DNA of 64,000 bases from Deltaproteobacteria bacterium. GTDB taxonomy: Bacteria; Myxococcota_A; UBA9160; UBA6930. Position numbers and translations under genes: made by a program. The DNA is taken from contig JAPPPQ010000005.1 of assembly GCA_028817435.1 (NCBI GenBank), positions 3,408-67,407 of the forward strand. The letters are read 5' to 3'. The notes under the pieces were generated by a model. It was not told where the DNA came from, made no database searches, and worked only from the letters and a program-made list of their open reading frames with translations. Below are positions 1 to 11,952 of this stretch, in pieces; positions within the stretch are counted from its first letter, which is position 1, and each line of letters starts with the position of its first letter.

Positions 1-1667
<1,667 letters not shown>

Positions 1668-1779
1668 TGCGCCGGGCTGTGTAGCCCCCCCGCCCGCCCC
1701 CCGCAAGCCCCGCGCAGGCCGCGCCGGCGGGGGCCCGCCGCGCCCCCGCCGGGCGCAGATTGAGGGCTATACTGGCGGC

Positions 1780-2994
1780 ATGGCCAAGCCCAACTTTGCG
1801 AACCGGACCCTGTGGACCGGCGACAACCTCGACATCATGCGGAATATCAATTCCGAGTGCATTGATTTGATTTACCTGGATCCGCCCTTCAACAGCAATC
1901 GCAATTACTCGGCCCCCGTAGGCTCCAAAGCCGCGGGCGCGGCCTTCAAGGATATCTGGACGCTGGACGATGTGAAGCTGGCCTGGCTCGATGAAATTGA
2001 ATACCTGCACCCCGCCATATTCGCCCTGGCCAACGCCGCCGGCATAACCCACGGCCCCAACATGAAGGCATACCTGCTGTGCATGGGGATTCGGCTGATT
2101 CAGATGAAGCGGATTCTCAAGCCCTCCGGCAGTGTGTATCTGCACTGCGATCCGACCTCGGGCCATTATCTCAAGGTGCTGATGGACGCCGTATTCGGAA
2201 AAGACTCTTTCCGAAACGATATTGCGTGGTGCTACACGGGGCCTTCCAACACAACGCGCTGGTTTCCCCGCAAGCACGATTCGATTTTGTTTTACGCCTC
2301 TTCGAGCAAGACCCCGTTCTGGCCGAACCGGATTCGAGTGCCCTACAAAAAACTGAATACCGGCAAAACCCAGGGCATTTTCAAGCACGCAGCCACACTG
2401 AAAACCCGCGGGAAGGTTCCCGAAGATTGGTGGACGGAATTTTCGCCCGTTGGCAGGCTGGCCAACGAACGCATCGGCTACCCGACTCAAAAGCCCCTCG
2501 CGCTGCTGGAGCGCATCATTCTGGCGTCCACCAGGAAAGGGCAGTTGGTATTCGATCCATTCTGCGGCTGCGCCACCAGCCTGGTGGCGGCGGAGCGCTG
2601 GGGAAGACAATGGGCGGGCATTGATCTTTCCGCCCTCTCCATCAAGCTCGTTCGCAGGCGCATCAAGGAAGACAATCCCCTGTTCAATTCAAAGCTGATT
2701 TTGCACTCCAACACCGCCGATTTCGCCTTGGCCGCACAAGCCGATACGCCGGAACCCGCAGACTACCGCCAATACAAGCACGACCTCTACGGCAAGCAAT
2801 CCGGCGAATGCGCCGGCTGCAAAGAACACTTCCAACTGCGCAACCTGACCATTGACCACATCGTCCCGCGATCAAGGGGCGGCACCCACATCCGCACCAA
2901 CCTGCAACTCCTCTGCCAAGCCTGCAACAGCACCAAGGGCACCGGCACACAACAAGAACTCAAAGCCAAACTGAAGCAGCAGGGAATTTTGTAA
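1780..2994 (+). CDS. Beta-class N6-adenine/N4-cytosine DNA methyltransferase fused to a C-terminal HNH endonuclease domain
   Basis: Track ORF 1567..2994; real start is the ATG at 1780 (MAKPNFANRTLWTGDNLDIM). Motif IV is LIYLDPPFNS. YPTQKPLALLERII precedes motif I, VFDPFCGCATSLVAAE. The C-terminus is CAGCKEHF...IDHIVPRSRGGTH..NLQLLCQACNSTKG, a CxxC...DH...N...CxxC HNH. The gene is A/T-richer than its flanks (line 1861-1920 is 29/60 G+C by hand count). Confidence 0.88.
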   Translation: MAKPNFANRTLWTGDNLDIMRNINSECIDLIYLDPPFNSNRNYSAPVGSKAAGAAFKDIWTLDDVKLAWLDEIEYLHPAIFALANAAGITHGPNMKAYLLCMGIRLIQMKRILKPSGSVYLHCDPTSGHYLKVLMDAVFGKDSFRNDIAWCYTGPSNTTRWFPRKHDSILFYASSSKTPFWPNRIRVPYKKLNTGKTQGIFKHAATLKTRGKVPEDWWTEFSPVGRLANERIGYPTQKPLALLERIILASTRKGQLVFDPFCGCATSLVAAERWGRQWAGIDLSALSIKLVRRRIKEDNPLFNSKLILHSNTADFALAAQADTPEPADYRQYKHDLYGKQSGECAGCKEHFQLRNLTIDHIVPRSRGGTHIRTNLQLLCQACNSTKGTGTQQELKAKLKQQGIL

Positions 2995-3012
2995 GGAGCG
3001 CCGGGGGCGGCT

Positions 3013-3348
3013 TCACTTTACAAACTCGGCGGCGCGGCGTTGGAGGGTGGCGCGGGTGGCGGGGGTGATTTCGGGGATGGCGAGGCGTTGGCCGGGATAG
3101 ACGAGGGCGGGGTGCTTGATCTGGTCGCGGTTTGCGAGGTAGAAGGCGGGCCAGAGCGCGGGGTCGCCGGTGAGATCGGCGGCGATGCTCCACAGGGTTT
3201 CGCCGTGGGTGACGGTGTAGGTGCGCGAAGGCTGGAGGGACTCGCCGGCGGGCTGCACGGGCTGCGCGGGGGCGGGGGCGGCGAGCAGCGGAGCAAGCAG
3301 CGCCAGTAGCGGCAGCGGCGCAAGCAGCAGCGGCGATATGCGCTTCAT
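3013..3348 (-). CDS. Secreted LysM domain protein
   Basis: 3' part of track ORF 3013..4182; start is the ATG at 3348. Signal peptide MKRISPLLLAPLPLLALLAPLLAAPAPA. LysM core YTVTHGETLWSIAADL...YPGQRLAIP. The start overlaps the aspS stop (ATGA at 3345-3348). Confidence 0.8.
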   Translation of the reverse strand: MKRISPLLLAPLPLLALLAPLLAAPAPAQPVQPAGESLQPSRTYTVTHGETLWSIAADLTGDPALWPAFYLANRDQIKHPALVYPGQRLAIPEITPATRATLQRRAAEFVK

Positions 3349-5291
3349 GCGCCGTCCGCCGGGTCTGCCGGGGGCGGGGCGGGAAGCTGCAGGCCGAGCT
3401 CTGAAAGCTGGGCGGCGGCGGCTTCGGAGGGCGCGCCCATCAGCAAATCCTGACCGCGCTGGGTTTTGGGGAAGGCAATGACATCGCGCAGGTTGTCTGC
3501 GCCCGCCATGAGCATGACGATGCGGTCGAAGCCGTAGGCGAAACCGCCGTGGGGCGGCGCACCGGATTCCAGGGCGTTCAGCAAAAAGCCGAAGCGCGCT
3601 TCCATTTCGGATTTGCCGTAGCCCAGAATTGCGAGAATGCGCCGCTGCACATCGCTGCGGTGGTTGCGCAGGCTGCCTGATCCGAGTTCGACTCCGTTCA
3701 GCACCACATCGTAATGGGTGGAGCGAATGCGCAGCGGGTCGCCGCCCTCGTGCAGCAGCGGAATATCCTCTTCCATCGGCGCGACGAAGGGCATATGCAC
3801 ATAGGTAAGCGCGCCGTCTTCGCCGCGCTCGAAGAGCGGGAAGCCGGTGAGCAGCAGGGGATCCCATTCGCGCGGCTGCACGCGGCCCAGGCGCTGACCG
3901 AGATCGCTGCGCAGCCGCGCCAGCACGGCGTTGACGCGGGCCGCCGGGCCGGCCTGAAACAGCAGCAATGCGCCCGGCCCCGCGCCGAGCGTTGCGGCGG
4001 CCTGCGACATGGCGGCGCGCTCCTGCTCCGAGAGAAACTTTGCGATGGGGCTCTGCCATGCGCCGTCGGCGGCAATGCGCACCCAGGCCAAACCCGCGGC
4101 GGAAAGCTCGCTTTGCACAAAGGTCGTAAGGCGGTCCACATCGCCCCGGGTAATGGAATTTGCCGCGGGCACCGGCAAACACTTGACTGCGCCGCCGGCT
4201 TCCACGGCGCTGCGGAAGGCGCGGAATTCGCTGTGCGCAAAGAGTTCCGTGAAGTCGAGCAGCTCGAGCTCAATGCGCGTATCCGGGCGGTCGCTGCCGT
4301 AGCGCGCCATGGCCTCGCCATAGCTCAGGCGCGGAAAGGGGCGCGGCAATTCCACGCCGCAGGCTTCGCTGCAAGTGCGCGCCGTCAGCATTTCCAGCAG
4401 CGCCAGCACTTCGTCCACCCCAACAAAGGACATCTCGAGATCCACCTGGGAGAATTCCAGTTGGCGGTCGGCGCGCTGGTCCTCGTCGCGGAAGCAGCGC
4501 GCAATCTGGAAGTAGCGGTCGAAGCCCGAGATCATCAGCAGTTGCTTCATCAACTGCGGCGATTGCGGCAGCGCGTAGAATGCGCCGGGCTGCAGGCGGC
4601 TCGGCACCAGGAAATCGCGCGCGCCTTCGGGGGTGGCCTTGGCGAGCATGGGCGTTTCGATTTCGAGAAAGCCCTCGTCGCTGAGCGCGCGGCGGAAGCT
4701 CTGCAGCAACCGGTGGCGCACTTCCAGCGCGCGCTGCAGGGGCGGGCGGCGCAGGTCGTGGACGCGGCGGCGCAACCGCACCTGCTCGTCCACTTCGCTC
4801 TGCTCCTCGATGGGAAAGGGCGGCGGCAGCGCGCTGTTCAGCACGCGCAGCTCTTGCGCCGCCACTTCAATATCGCCGTTGGGCACTGACGGATTCACAT
4901 CGCCGGGATCGCGGCGGCGCACCGGGCCGCGGGCCGCCATCACGAACTCTGAGCGCAACTGCTCGCCGCGCGCATGGGCCGCCTGCGATTCGTCGCTGCG
5001 CAGCACCACCTGCAACAGGCCGGTGCGGTCGCGCAAATCTACGAAAATGAGCCCGCCGTGGTCGCGGCGCGCGTGCACCCAGCCGCAAACCACCACCGGC
5101 TCGCCGATTTGCGCCGCCGATACCTGGCCGCAGCCGTGGCTGCGGCGCCAGCCGGCAAGGCCGTCCAGCGCCACGCGCTCGCGCCCGCCCGGCAGCGCCT
5201 CCGCCCCGGCCGCGCCCGCCACGCCAGCGCCCGCGGCTTGCGCCGCTCCCGTCGCTCGATTTGCCTGGTCTGCCCGGTCCGCTTGGCTCAT
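3345..5291 (-). CDS. aspS: Aspartyl-tRNA synthetase
   Basis: Track ORF 3345..5405; ATG at 5291 (MSQADRAD...). OB-fold segment WVHARRDHGGLIFVDLRDRTGLLQVV. Class II motifs FLEIETPML, FRDEDQRADRQLEFSQVD and GGFAYGFDRIVMLM. Confidence 0.93.
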   Translation of the reverse strand: MSQADRADQANRATGAAQAAGAGVAGAAGAEALPGGRERVALDGLAGWRRSHGCGQVSAAQIGEPVVVCGWVHARRDHGGLIFVDLRDRTGLLQVVLRSDESQAAHARGEQLRSEFVMAARGPVRRRDPGDVNPSVPNGDIEVAAQELRVLNSALPPPFPIEEQSEVDEQVRLRRRVHDLRRPPLQRALEVRHRLLQSFRRALSDEGFLEIETPMLAKATPEGARDFLVPSRLQPGAFYALPQSPQLMKQLLMISGFDRYFQIARCFRDEDQRADRQLEFSQVDLEMSFVGVDEVLALLEMLTARTCSEACGVELPRPFPRLSYGEAMARYGSDRPDTRIELELLDFTELFAHSEFRAFRSAVEAGGAVKCLPVPAANSITRGDVDRLTTFVQSELSAAGLAWVRIAADGAWQSPIAKFLSEQERAAMSQAAATLGAGPGALLLFQAGPAARVNAVLARLRSDLGQRLGRVQPREWDPLLLTGFPLFERGEDGALTYVHMPFVAPMEEDIPLLHEGGDPLRIRSTHYDVVLNGVELGSGSLRNHRSDVQRRILAILGYGKSEMEARFGFLLNALESGAPPHGGFAYGFDRIVMLMAGADNLRDVIAFPKTQRGQDLLMGAPSEAAAAQLSELGLQLPAPPPADPADGA

Positions 5292-5334
5292 CGCCCGCCA
5301 TTCTAGCCGCTTTGCGGCGTATTGCGGCCAGAAT

Positions 5335-8133
5335 TCAGTGGGCGTCGCGCCAGTTTGCGCCGGCGCCCACCTCCACCAGCAGCGGGACGGCCAGTTCGCA
5401 GACATGCTCCATGCATTCCCGCACCAGCGCAGAGAGCGCCGGCACCTCGGCTTCCGGCGTCTCGAAGACCAGCTCGTCGTGCACCTGCAAAATCATCTGC
5501 GATTCCATGCCGCGCGCGGCCAGCGCGGCGTCCACCGCCACCATGGCCTTCTTGATCAGATCCGCCGCGGTGCCCTGGATGACGCTGTTGACCGCCGCAC
5601 GCTCTGCGGCCTGGCGCAGCGCGCGGTTGCGCGAGCCCAGATCGGGCAGATAGCGGCGGCGGCCGAGCAGTGTGCGCACATGGCCGGCTTCGCGCGCGCG
5701 CTCAATGGTGTCGTCCAGAAAGCGCCGCACGCCCTGATAGCGCTCGAAATAGCGCTCGATGGTGCGCCGCGCTTCGGTTTGCGAAACGCCGAGTTGCCGC
5801 GCAATGCCAAAAGCGCTGGAGCCGTAAATAATGCCGAAATTCACGGCCTTGGCGGCGGCGCGCATGGAATCGCTCACCGCTTCCGGCGCGACTCCGTTTA
5901 CCTCTGCCGCGGTGCGGCGGTGAATATCCTCGCCCCTGGCAAAAGCGGCGAGCAGATTCTCGTCGGCGGAGTAGTGCGCCATGACGAGCAGTTCCACTTG
6001 CGAGTAATCGGCGGAGAGCAGCACGCAGCCTTCGGCGGGAATAAATGCCTCGCGCACGCGAATGCCCTGCTCGGTGCGGATGGGAATGTTCTGCACATTG
6101 GGATGCGAGGCCGAGAGCCGCCCGGTGGCTGCGCCCGTCTGGTGAAAGGCCGGGTGAATGCGGCCGCCGCGCGGGTCGGCCCCGGCGCGGGGTTCTGGAA
6201 GCAGGCGCAAAATGGCATCCACATAGGTGCTCTTGAGTTTGGACAGGCGGCGCCAGGCCAGCACCTCGGCGGGCAGGGCGTGCAGCGCCGCCAGTTGTTC
6301 CAGAACGCTCTCGTCGGTGGACCAGCCGGTGCGGGTCTTCTTCGACGCGGGCAGCTTCAGCTTCTCAAAGAGAATTTTCTGCAACTGCTTGGGCGAAGCC
6401 ACCGAAAATTCCTCGCCCGCCAATTCGAAGACGCGGGCCTCAATGTGCTTCAGCTCTGCCGCGTATTCCCGGCCCAGTTCGCGCAGCTTCTCCGCATCCA
6501 CGCGGACGCCGCGGCGCTCCATGCGCGAGAGCACGCGGGTGAGCGGCAATTCCACTTCGTCAAAGAGGGCGGCGCTGCCGTCGGCTGCGATTTTTGCGCG
6601 CAACAGGGGCGCCAGCGCCAGCAGCGCGCAGGCTTCGCTGCCCGCCAATTGCGCGGCATCGGCCAGCGGCACTTCCGCAAGCGGCCGCGCCTTGGCGCCG
6701 CTGCCGCGCAGCGATTGCCAATCGGGCAGCGCGCGTTGCAGCCAGGTTTCGGACAGCGCCGGCAGGCCGCGGCGCGCGGCGGGATCCACCAGAAATGCGC
6801 CCACCTCCACATCGAAATGCGGCAGCGCGGGCTGCACGCCCGCTTTTGCGAGCAGCGTTTGCAGGCGCTTGCTGTCAAGCGCAATCCAGGGACGCGCGGC
6901 CGCGCCCTCGAAGAGCGCGCGCAATTGCCGCAGCACCGAATTCAATGCCAGCGGCGGCGCGGCGGATTCTTCCGGCGGCGCGGATTCCGGCGGCGCGCCC
7001 AGCTCCGGTTGCGGCGCGGCGGAAGCCTGCGGCGCATCCGGTTGCGGCGAAGCGGCGGCCTGCGCTTCGCCGCCGGAGAGCGGGATGTAGCAGGCGCGCT
7101 GCGGGGACGCGGCCAGCGCCATGCCGAGCGGCGCGCCCTCCCCCACCAGCGCCACGGCAATGGCCTCGGCATTCGCCAACTTTTGCAGCGCCGCTTCCAG
7201 CTCCGGCTCGGTGGCGGCGATTTGCACCGCAATCTGCTCTTGGGGCGGCGCGGGGGGCGCGGCAGATTCCGGCGGCGCTTCGCCGTCCAGATCGGCGAGC
7301 AGGCGCGTGAAACCCAAGCGCCGGTAAAGCGCGCGCAGCGCATCCCAGTTTGGCGGGCGGCGCTTGAGATTGGCGAGAGAAACCGGCAATTCCACATCGT
7401 CGCGCAGCGCGGCCAGGCGCTTCGCCAAATGCGCGGCCTCGGCACCCGTCAGCAGGGCTTCGCGCGCGCGCTTCGCCTTCACCTGTGCGGCGTTCTGCAG
7501 CAGCGCATTGAGATCGCCCCATTCGGCGATCAATTTGGCCGCGCCCTTTTCGCCAATGCCCGCCACGCCGGGAATGTTGTCGGAGGAATCGCCCGCCAGC
7601 GCCCGCGTGTCGAGCAACTGCTCCGGCGGAACGCCGAAGCGCTCCTGCACCTGCTCGCGCCCAATGCGGCGGTCTTTCACCGCGTCGAGCAACACAACCC
7701 GCTCGCCGACGAGCTGCATCAAATCCTTGTCGGTGGAGACAATGGAGATTTGCGTTTTGGCATTTGCCGCCAGCGTCTTTCGCACCAGCGTTGCAATCAC
7801 ATCGTCGGCCTCGAAATCCGCCACCTCAATGAGCGGAATGTTCCAGCCGTCGAAGAGCTCGCGCATTACCGGAAGCTGCGCGGACAGCGCCTCCGGCTGC
7901 GCGTCGCGCTTGGCCTTGTATTCGGGAAACTCCCGGCGGCGAAAGCCGCCCCCCGGCGGATCCATCGCCACCGCCACGGCATCGGGCTGTTCTTCGCGCA
8001 GCACCTTGCGCAGCATATTGGCGAGCCCCAGCACGGCCCCGGTGGGCGCGCCCTCCGGGCTGCGCAACTGCGGCAGCGCAAAGAAGGCCCGATACAGCGC
8101 GTTGAACGCATCTATCAAAACCAGCCGCTTCAC
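5335..8133 (-). CDS. polA: DNA polymerase I (5' nuclease + polymerase; 3'-5' exonuclease acidic motifs not evident)
   Basis: 3' part of track ORF 5335..8835; GTG start at 8133 (VKRLVLIDAFNALYRAFFA). Polymerase motifs LLSADYSQVELLVMAHY, AAKAVNFGIIYG and QVHDELVFE. The upstream part of the track ORF overlaps cysK in another frame and is Arg/Ala/Gly junk. Confidence 0.93.
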   Translation of the reverse strand: MKRLVLIDAFNALYRAFFALPQLRSPEGAPTGAVLGLANMLRKVLREEQPDAVAVAMDPPGGGFRRREFPEYKAKRDAQPEALSAQLPVMRELFDGWNIPLIEVADFEADDVIATLVRKTLAANAKTQISIVSTDKDLMQLVGERVVLLDAVKDRRIGREQVQERFGVPPEQLLDTRALAGDSSDNIPGVAGIGEKGAAKLIAEWGDLNALLQNAAQVKAKRAREALLTGAEAAHLAKRLAALRDDVELPVSLANLKRRPPNWDALRALYRRLGFTRLLADLDGEAPPESAAPPAPPQEQIAVQIAATEPELEAALQKLANAEAIAVALVGEGAPLGMALAASPQRACYIPLSGGEAQAAASPQPDAPQASAAPQPELGAPPESAPPEESAAPPLALNSVLRQLRALFEGAAARPWIALDSKRLQTLLAKAGVQPALPHFDVEVGAFLVDPAARRGLPALSETWLQRALPDWQSLRGSGAKARPLAEVPLADAAQLAGSEACALLALAPLLRAKIAADGSAALFDEVELPLTRVLSRMERRGVRVDAEKLRELGREYAAELKHIEARVFELAGEEFSVASPKQLQKILFEKLKLPASKKTRTGWSTDESVLEQLAALHALPAEVLAWRRLSKLKSTYVDAILRLLPEPRAGADPRGGRIHPAFHQTGAATGRLSASHPNVQNIPIRTEQGIRVREAFIPAEGCVLLSADYSQVELLVMAHYSADENLLAAFARGEDIHRRTAAEVNGVAPEAVSDSMRAAAKAVNFGIIYGSSAFGIARQLGVSQTEARRTIERYFERYQGVRRFLDDTIERAREAGHVRTLLGRRRYLPDLGSRNRALRQAAERAAVNSVIQGTAADLIKKAMVAVDAALAARGMESQMILQVHDELVFETPEAEVPALSALVRECMEHVCELAVPLLVEVGAGANWRDAH

Positions 8134-8150
8134 GCGCGCACACCACGCAT

Positions 8151-9119
<969 letters not shown>

Positions 9120-9143
9120 ATGCGCCGCGTCCCTGGTGCAACT

Positions 9144-9956
9144 TTACCGCGCAATTTTACCCCGCCCCAGCACTGCGGCCACCGGCGCAAAAGAGCGGCG
9201 GTGCAGCGGCGTGGCCCCCGCCCGGCGCAGGGCGGCCAGGTGCTCTGCGGTGGCGTAGCCCTTGTGCCGCGCAAAGCCGTAGCCCGGAAAGCGCGCATCG
9301 AGCCGTTGCATAAGCGCATCCCGGTGCACCTTCGCCACAATGGAAGCGGCGGCAATTGCGCCGTCGAGAGAATCGCCGCGCACCAACGCCGTCTGCTGCG
9401 CCGGCACATCAGGAATGCGGCGCGCATCTACCAGCAGGTGATCGGCCGCAACGGGCAGCGCCTGCACCGCGCGGCGCATGGCCAGCAGCGCCGCCTGGTA
9501 AATGTTCATGCGGTCAATTTCGCGCGGCGACGCACTGCCCAGCCCCAACGCAATGGCCTGCGCGCGAATCTCCGCGGCGAGTCCCTGGCGCTGCGCGGGA
9601 GAAAGCTTTTTGGAATCGTCCAGCCCCGCAAGCCGCGCCAGCCTGGGCCGCGCCGGCAACACCACCGCCGCCGCCACCACCGGCCCCGCCAGCGGTCCCA
9701 CGCCCACCTCATCCACCCCCGCCACATACCGCGCCCCACCCGCCCGCAACTTTTGGCAAAGCGCAAACAACCGCCGCAGCCGCGCAATCTCGCGCTCCAT
9801 GCGCTGCGCCCGCGCCTCACACCGCAGCGAAAGCGCCCGCGCCCCCACCCGCGCATCCCCCGCCAACACCCGCGCCAACCGCCGCAACTCCCCCACCGAA
9901 GACGCCGCCTTCACCCGCCCCTGCCAAACCGAAATCGCTTCGCGCTCTGTGTTCAT
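9144..9956 (-). CDS. rnhB: Ribonuclease HII with ~75-aa N-terminal extension
   Basis: Track ORF 9144..9956, ATG at 9956. [46 protein letters not shown]. Confidence 0.88.
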   Translation of the reverse strand: MNTEREAISVWQGRVKAASSVGELRRLARVLAGDARVGARALSLRCEARAQRMEREIARLRRLFALCQKLRAGGARYVAGVDEVGVGPLAGPVVAAAVVLPARPRLARLAGLDDSKKLSPAQRQGLAAEIRAQAIALGLGSASPREIDRMNIYQAALLAMRRAVQALPVAADHLLVDARRIPDVPAQQTALVRGDSLDGAIAAASIVAKVHRDALMQRLDARFPGYGFARHKGYATAEHLAALRRAGATPLHRRSFAPVAAVLGRGKIAR

Positions 9957-9979
9957 TTACTCTGCGTCTTCGGACAAAA

Positions 9980-11005
9980 TCACTTGCTTCCTTCGTTGCC
10001 GTCCACTCCAATGGCGCGTTCCACCCTGCGGAGGCGGCGGGTGAAATCGCTGAGGCGGGCGAGCAGGGATTGGGTGCGGTGCCAGGCGCGTTCGGGGAGG
10101 GCGGGGAAGCCCCAGAGGCGGCTCTTGGGAGGGGTGTCTTCGATGACGCCGCCGCGTGCGCCGATGAAAGTGCCGTCGCCAATTTGGATGTGGCCGCCTA
10201 CGCCGGATTGCGCCATGAGCAGCACGCGGTCGCCGAGGCGCGCGCCGCCGGCTACGCCGGATTGCGCCACCAAGAGGGAATCCGCACCGATTTCCACATT
10301 GTGCGCCACCATGACCAGGTTATCCACTTTGACGCCGCGGCCAATGCGCGTTGCGCCGAGACGCGCGCGGTCCACGGTTGCGCCCGCGCCAATTTCCACA
10401 TCGTCGCCGATTTCCACGCGGCCCAGTTGCGGGATTTTCTCGAAGCGGCCCTGCTCGTTCAGCTCGAAGCCGAAGCCGTCGCCGCCAATCAGCGCGCCGG
10501 GCTGCAAAATGACGCGGTCGCCGATTTGCACGCCTTCGCGCACCACTGCGCCAGAGTGCAGCACGCAATCTGCGCCGATTTGCACGCCTTCGCCAATGCA
10601 CACATGGGCGTGCAAAATGCTGCGCGGGCCAATGATTGCGCCGCTGCCGACGGCGCAGAGCGCGCCGATGTGAGCGCTCCGGTGAATGCGCGCGTCTTCT
10701 GCGACGGCGGCGCGGGGGTGAATGCCGGGGGCGGGGCGCGGCTGCGGCGCAATTAGCGCGCAGGCCCGGGCGAAATCCAGGCTGGGCGCGGGGGAGCGGA
10801 TGACCGGGCGCGCGCCCACGGCCACGCCGGGCGGCGCAATCAGCGCGCCCAGCGCGCTGTGCCGAAGCGCGGCGGCATGGGCGCGGCTGCGCACAAAGCC
10901 CAGATCGCCCGGGCCGCCCTCGGGGCCGGCCACGCCGCGCACCTCGAAGCCGGCGTCTCCCTCAACTTCGCGCCCCAGCCGCAGCGCCAGTTCGCCGAGC
11001 TGCAT
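9980..11005 (-). CDS. lpxD: UDP-3-O-acylglucosamine N-acyltransferase
   Basis: Track ORF 9980..11005. Long run of left-handed beta-helix hexapeptide repeats (IGEGVQIGADCVLHSGAVVREGVQIGDRV...) and the typical LpxD N-terminal domain (LGELALRLG...GDLGFV). Confidence 0.88.
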   Translation of the reverse strand: MQLGELALRLGREVEGDAGFEVRGVAGPEGGPGDLGFVRSRAHAAALRHSALGALIAPPGVAVGARPVIRSPAPSLDFARACALIAPQPRPAPGIHPRAAVAEDARIHRSAHIGALCAVGSGAIIGPRSILHAHVCIGEGVQIGADCVLHSGAVVREGVQIGDRVILQPGALIGGDGFGFELNEQGRFEKIPQLGRVEIGDDVEIGAGATVDRARLGATRIGRGVKVDNLVMVAHNVEIGADSLLVAQSGVAGGARLGDRVLLMAQSGVGGHIQIGDGTFIGARGGVIEDTPPKSRLWGFPALPERAWHRTQSLLARLSDFTRRLRRVERAIGVDGNEGSK

Positions 11006-11015
11006 GGGGGCGGAG

Positions 11016-11849
11016 TCAGCGCGCCAGCAGAACGGCGGCGGGGGCGCTGCGCAGGGTGGAGGCGGCGTTGCTGCCGAGAAAAAACTCGGTCTTGCGGCTG
11101 CGCCCGTAGGCGCCCATGACGATGACGCTGTAACGGGCCGCGTGCGACATCTCCACCAGCTTCACATCGGGGCGGCCCACGGTGGCGCTCTCTTCGTGCA
11201 GCGGCACCGAGGTTTCGCCCAGCAGGCGGTGCGCCTGCGCGAAGCGCGCGGCGGCGCGGCCCTTGTCTTTGGAATCGACGAAGATGTGCAGCGATTCGCC
11301 GATGCGCCGGGCCAGCTCCAGCGCCAGGTGCGCGGCGATGCGCGCGCCCGGCGAATCGTCGAAGGCCAGCAGCACCGGGCCGCTGAGCTCTGCCCCCGGC
11401 GGCACCGAGAGCACGGGCCGCCGGGCAAGGCGCACGACGCCCTCCAAAGTGCTGCCGGGCAGCATGCTGTGGGCTTCGGCGTGCTCGCCCTCCCGCCCCA
11501 GCACCAGCAGGTCGGCGGTCTGCTGCCCCAGCGAGGCGATGCGCTCATCGGCGTTGCCCCTGGCGATTTCGGCGCTGAATTCCACGCCGGCCTGGCGGGC
11601 CAGCTCTGCGGCGCGGCGGCAAATGGCCTCGGCCCGGGCCTTCTGAAACGCCTCGATGGTCTCCGGCGGCACCATTTCGCCGGGGGGCACATCCAGGCCC
11701 TCGGCGCGCAGGCTCAGGGGCAGGCGGTCTTCGATCACCGTCAGGCACTGCAGCGGGGCGCTGAGCTTGGCGGCGAGCTGGGTGGCGTAGCACTCGGCGG
11801 CGTATGCGCCCGGAGAGCCGTCGGATGCGATGAGGATCGCCGCAATCAT
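11016..11849 (-). CDS. Tandem universal stress protein (two UspA domains)
   Basis: 3' part of track ORF 11016..12374; ATG at 11849 (MIAAILIASDGSP...). Two Usp repeats end in GSTLEGVVRLARRPVL and GSNAASTLRSAPAAVLL. Confidence 0.8.
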   Translation of the reverse strand: MIAAILIASDGSPGAYAAECYATQLAAKLSAPLQCLTVIEDRLPLSLRAEGLDVPPGEMVPPETIEAFQKARAEAICRRAAELARQAGVEFSAEIARGNADERIASLGQQTADLLVLGREGEHAEAHSMLPGSTLEGVVRLARRPVLSVPPGAELSGPVLLAFDDSPGARIAAHLALELARRIGESLHIFVDSKDKGRAAARFAQAHRLLGETSVPLHEESATVGRPDVKLVEMSHAARYSVIVMGAYGRSRKTEFFLGSNAASTLRSAPAAVLLAR

Positions 11850-11952
11850 GGGCGGTCTCCGTTGCGACCGCCGACGGACAACCCGAACACCGGGGCCCGG
11901 CAGGAGGCGGGGGGATTGGAGGGAGCGCGAGTCTACGAGAGGCGCGCGGCCA

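Noticed and set aside
1768-1773. TATACT hexamer 6 nt upstream of the MTase-HNH ATG, considered as the -10 element of a leaderless transcript.
   Set aside because: No acceptable -35 element (cccgcc at the 17-nt position) and no extended -10 TG. It is plausible but unsupported from sequence alone.
1721-3011. Possible flanking repeat for the MTase-HNH islet: gcgccggcgggggcc at 1721-1735 versus gcgccgggggcggc at 2998-3011.
   Set aside because: The match is a short run of G/C simple sequence with an indel, and is expected by chance in these flanks. I could not define convincing insertion boundaries.
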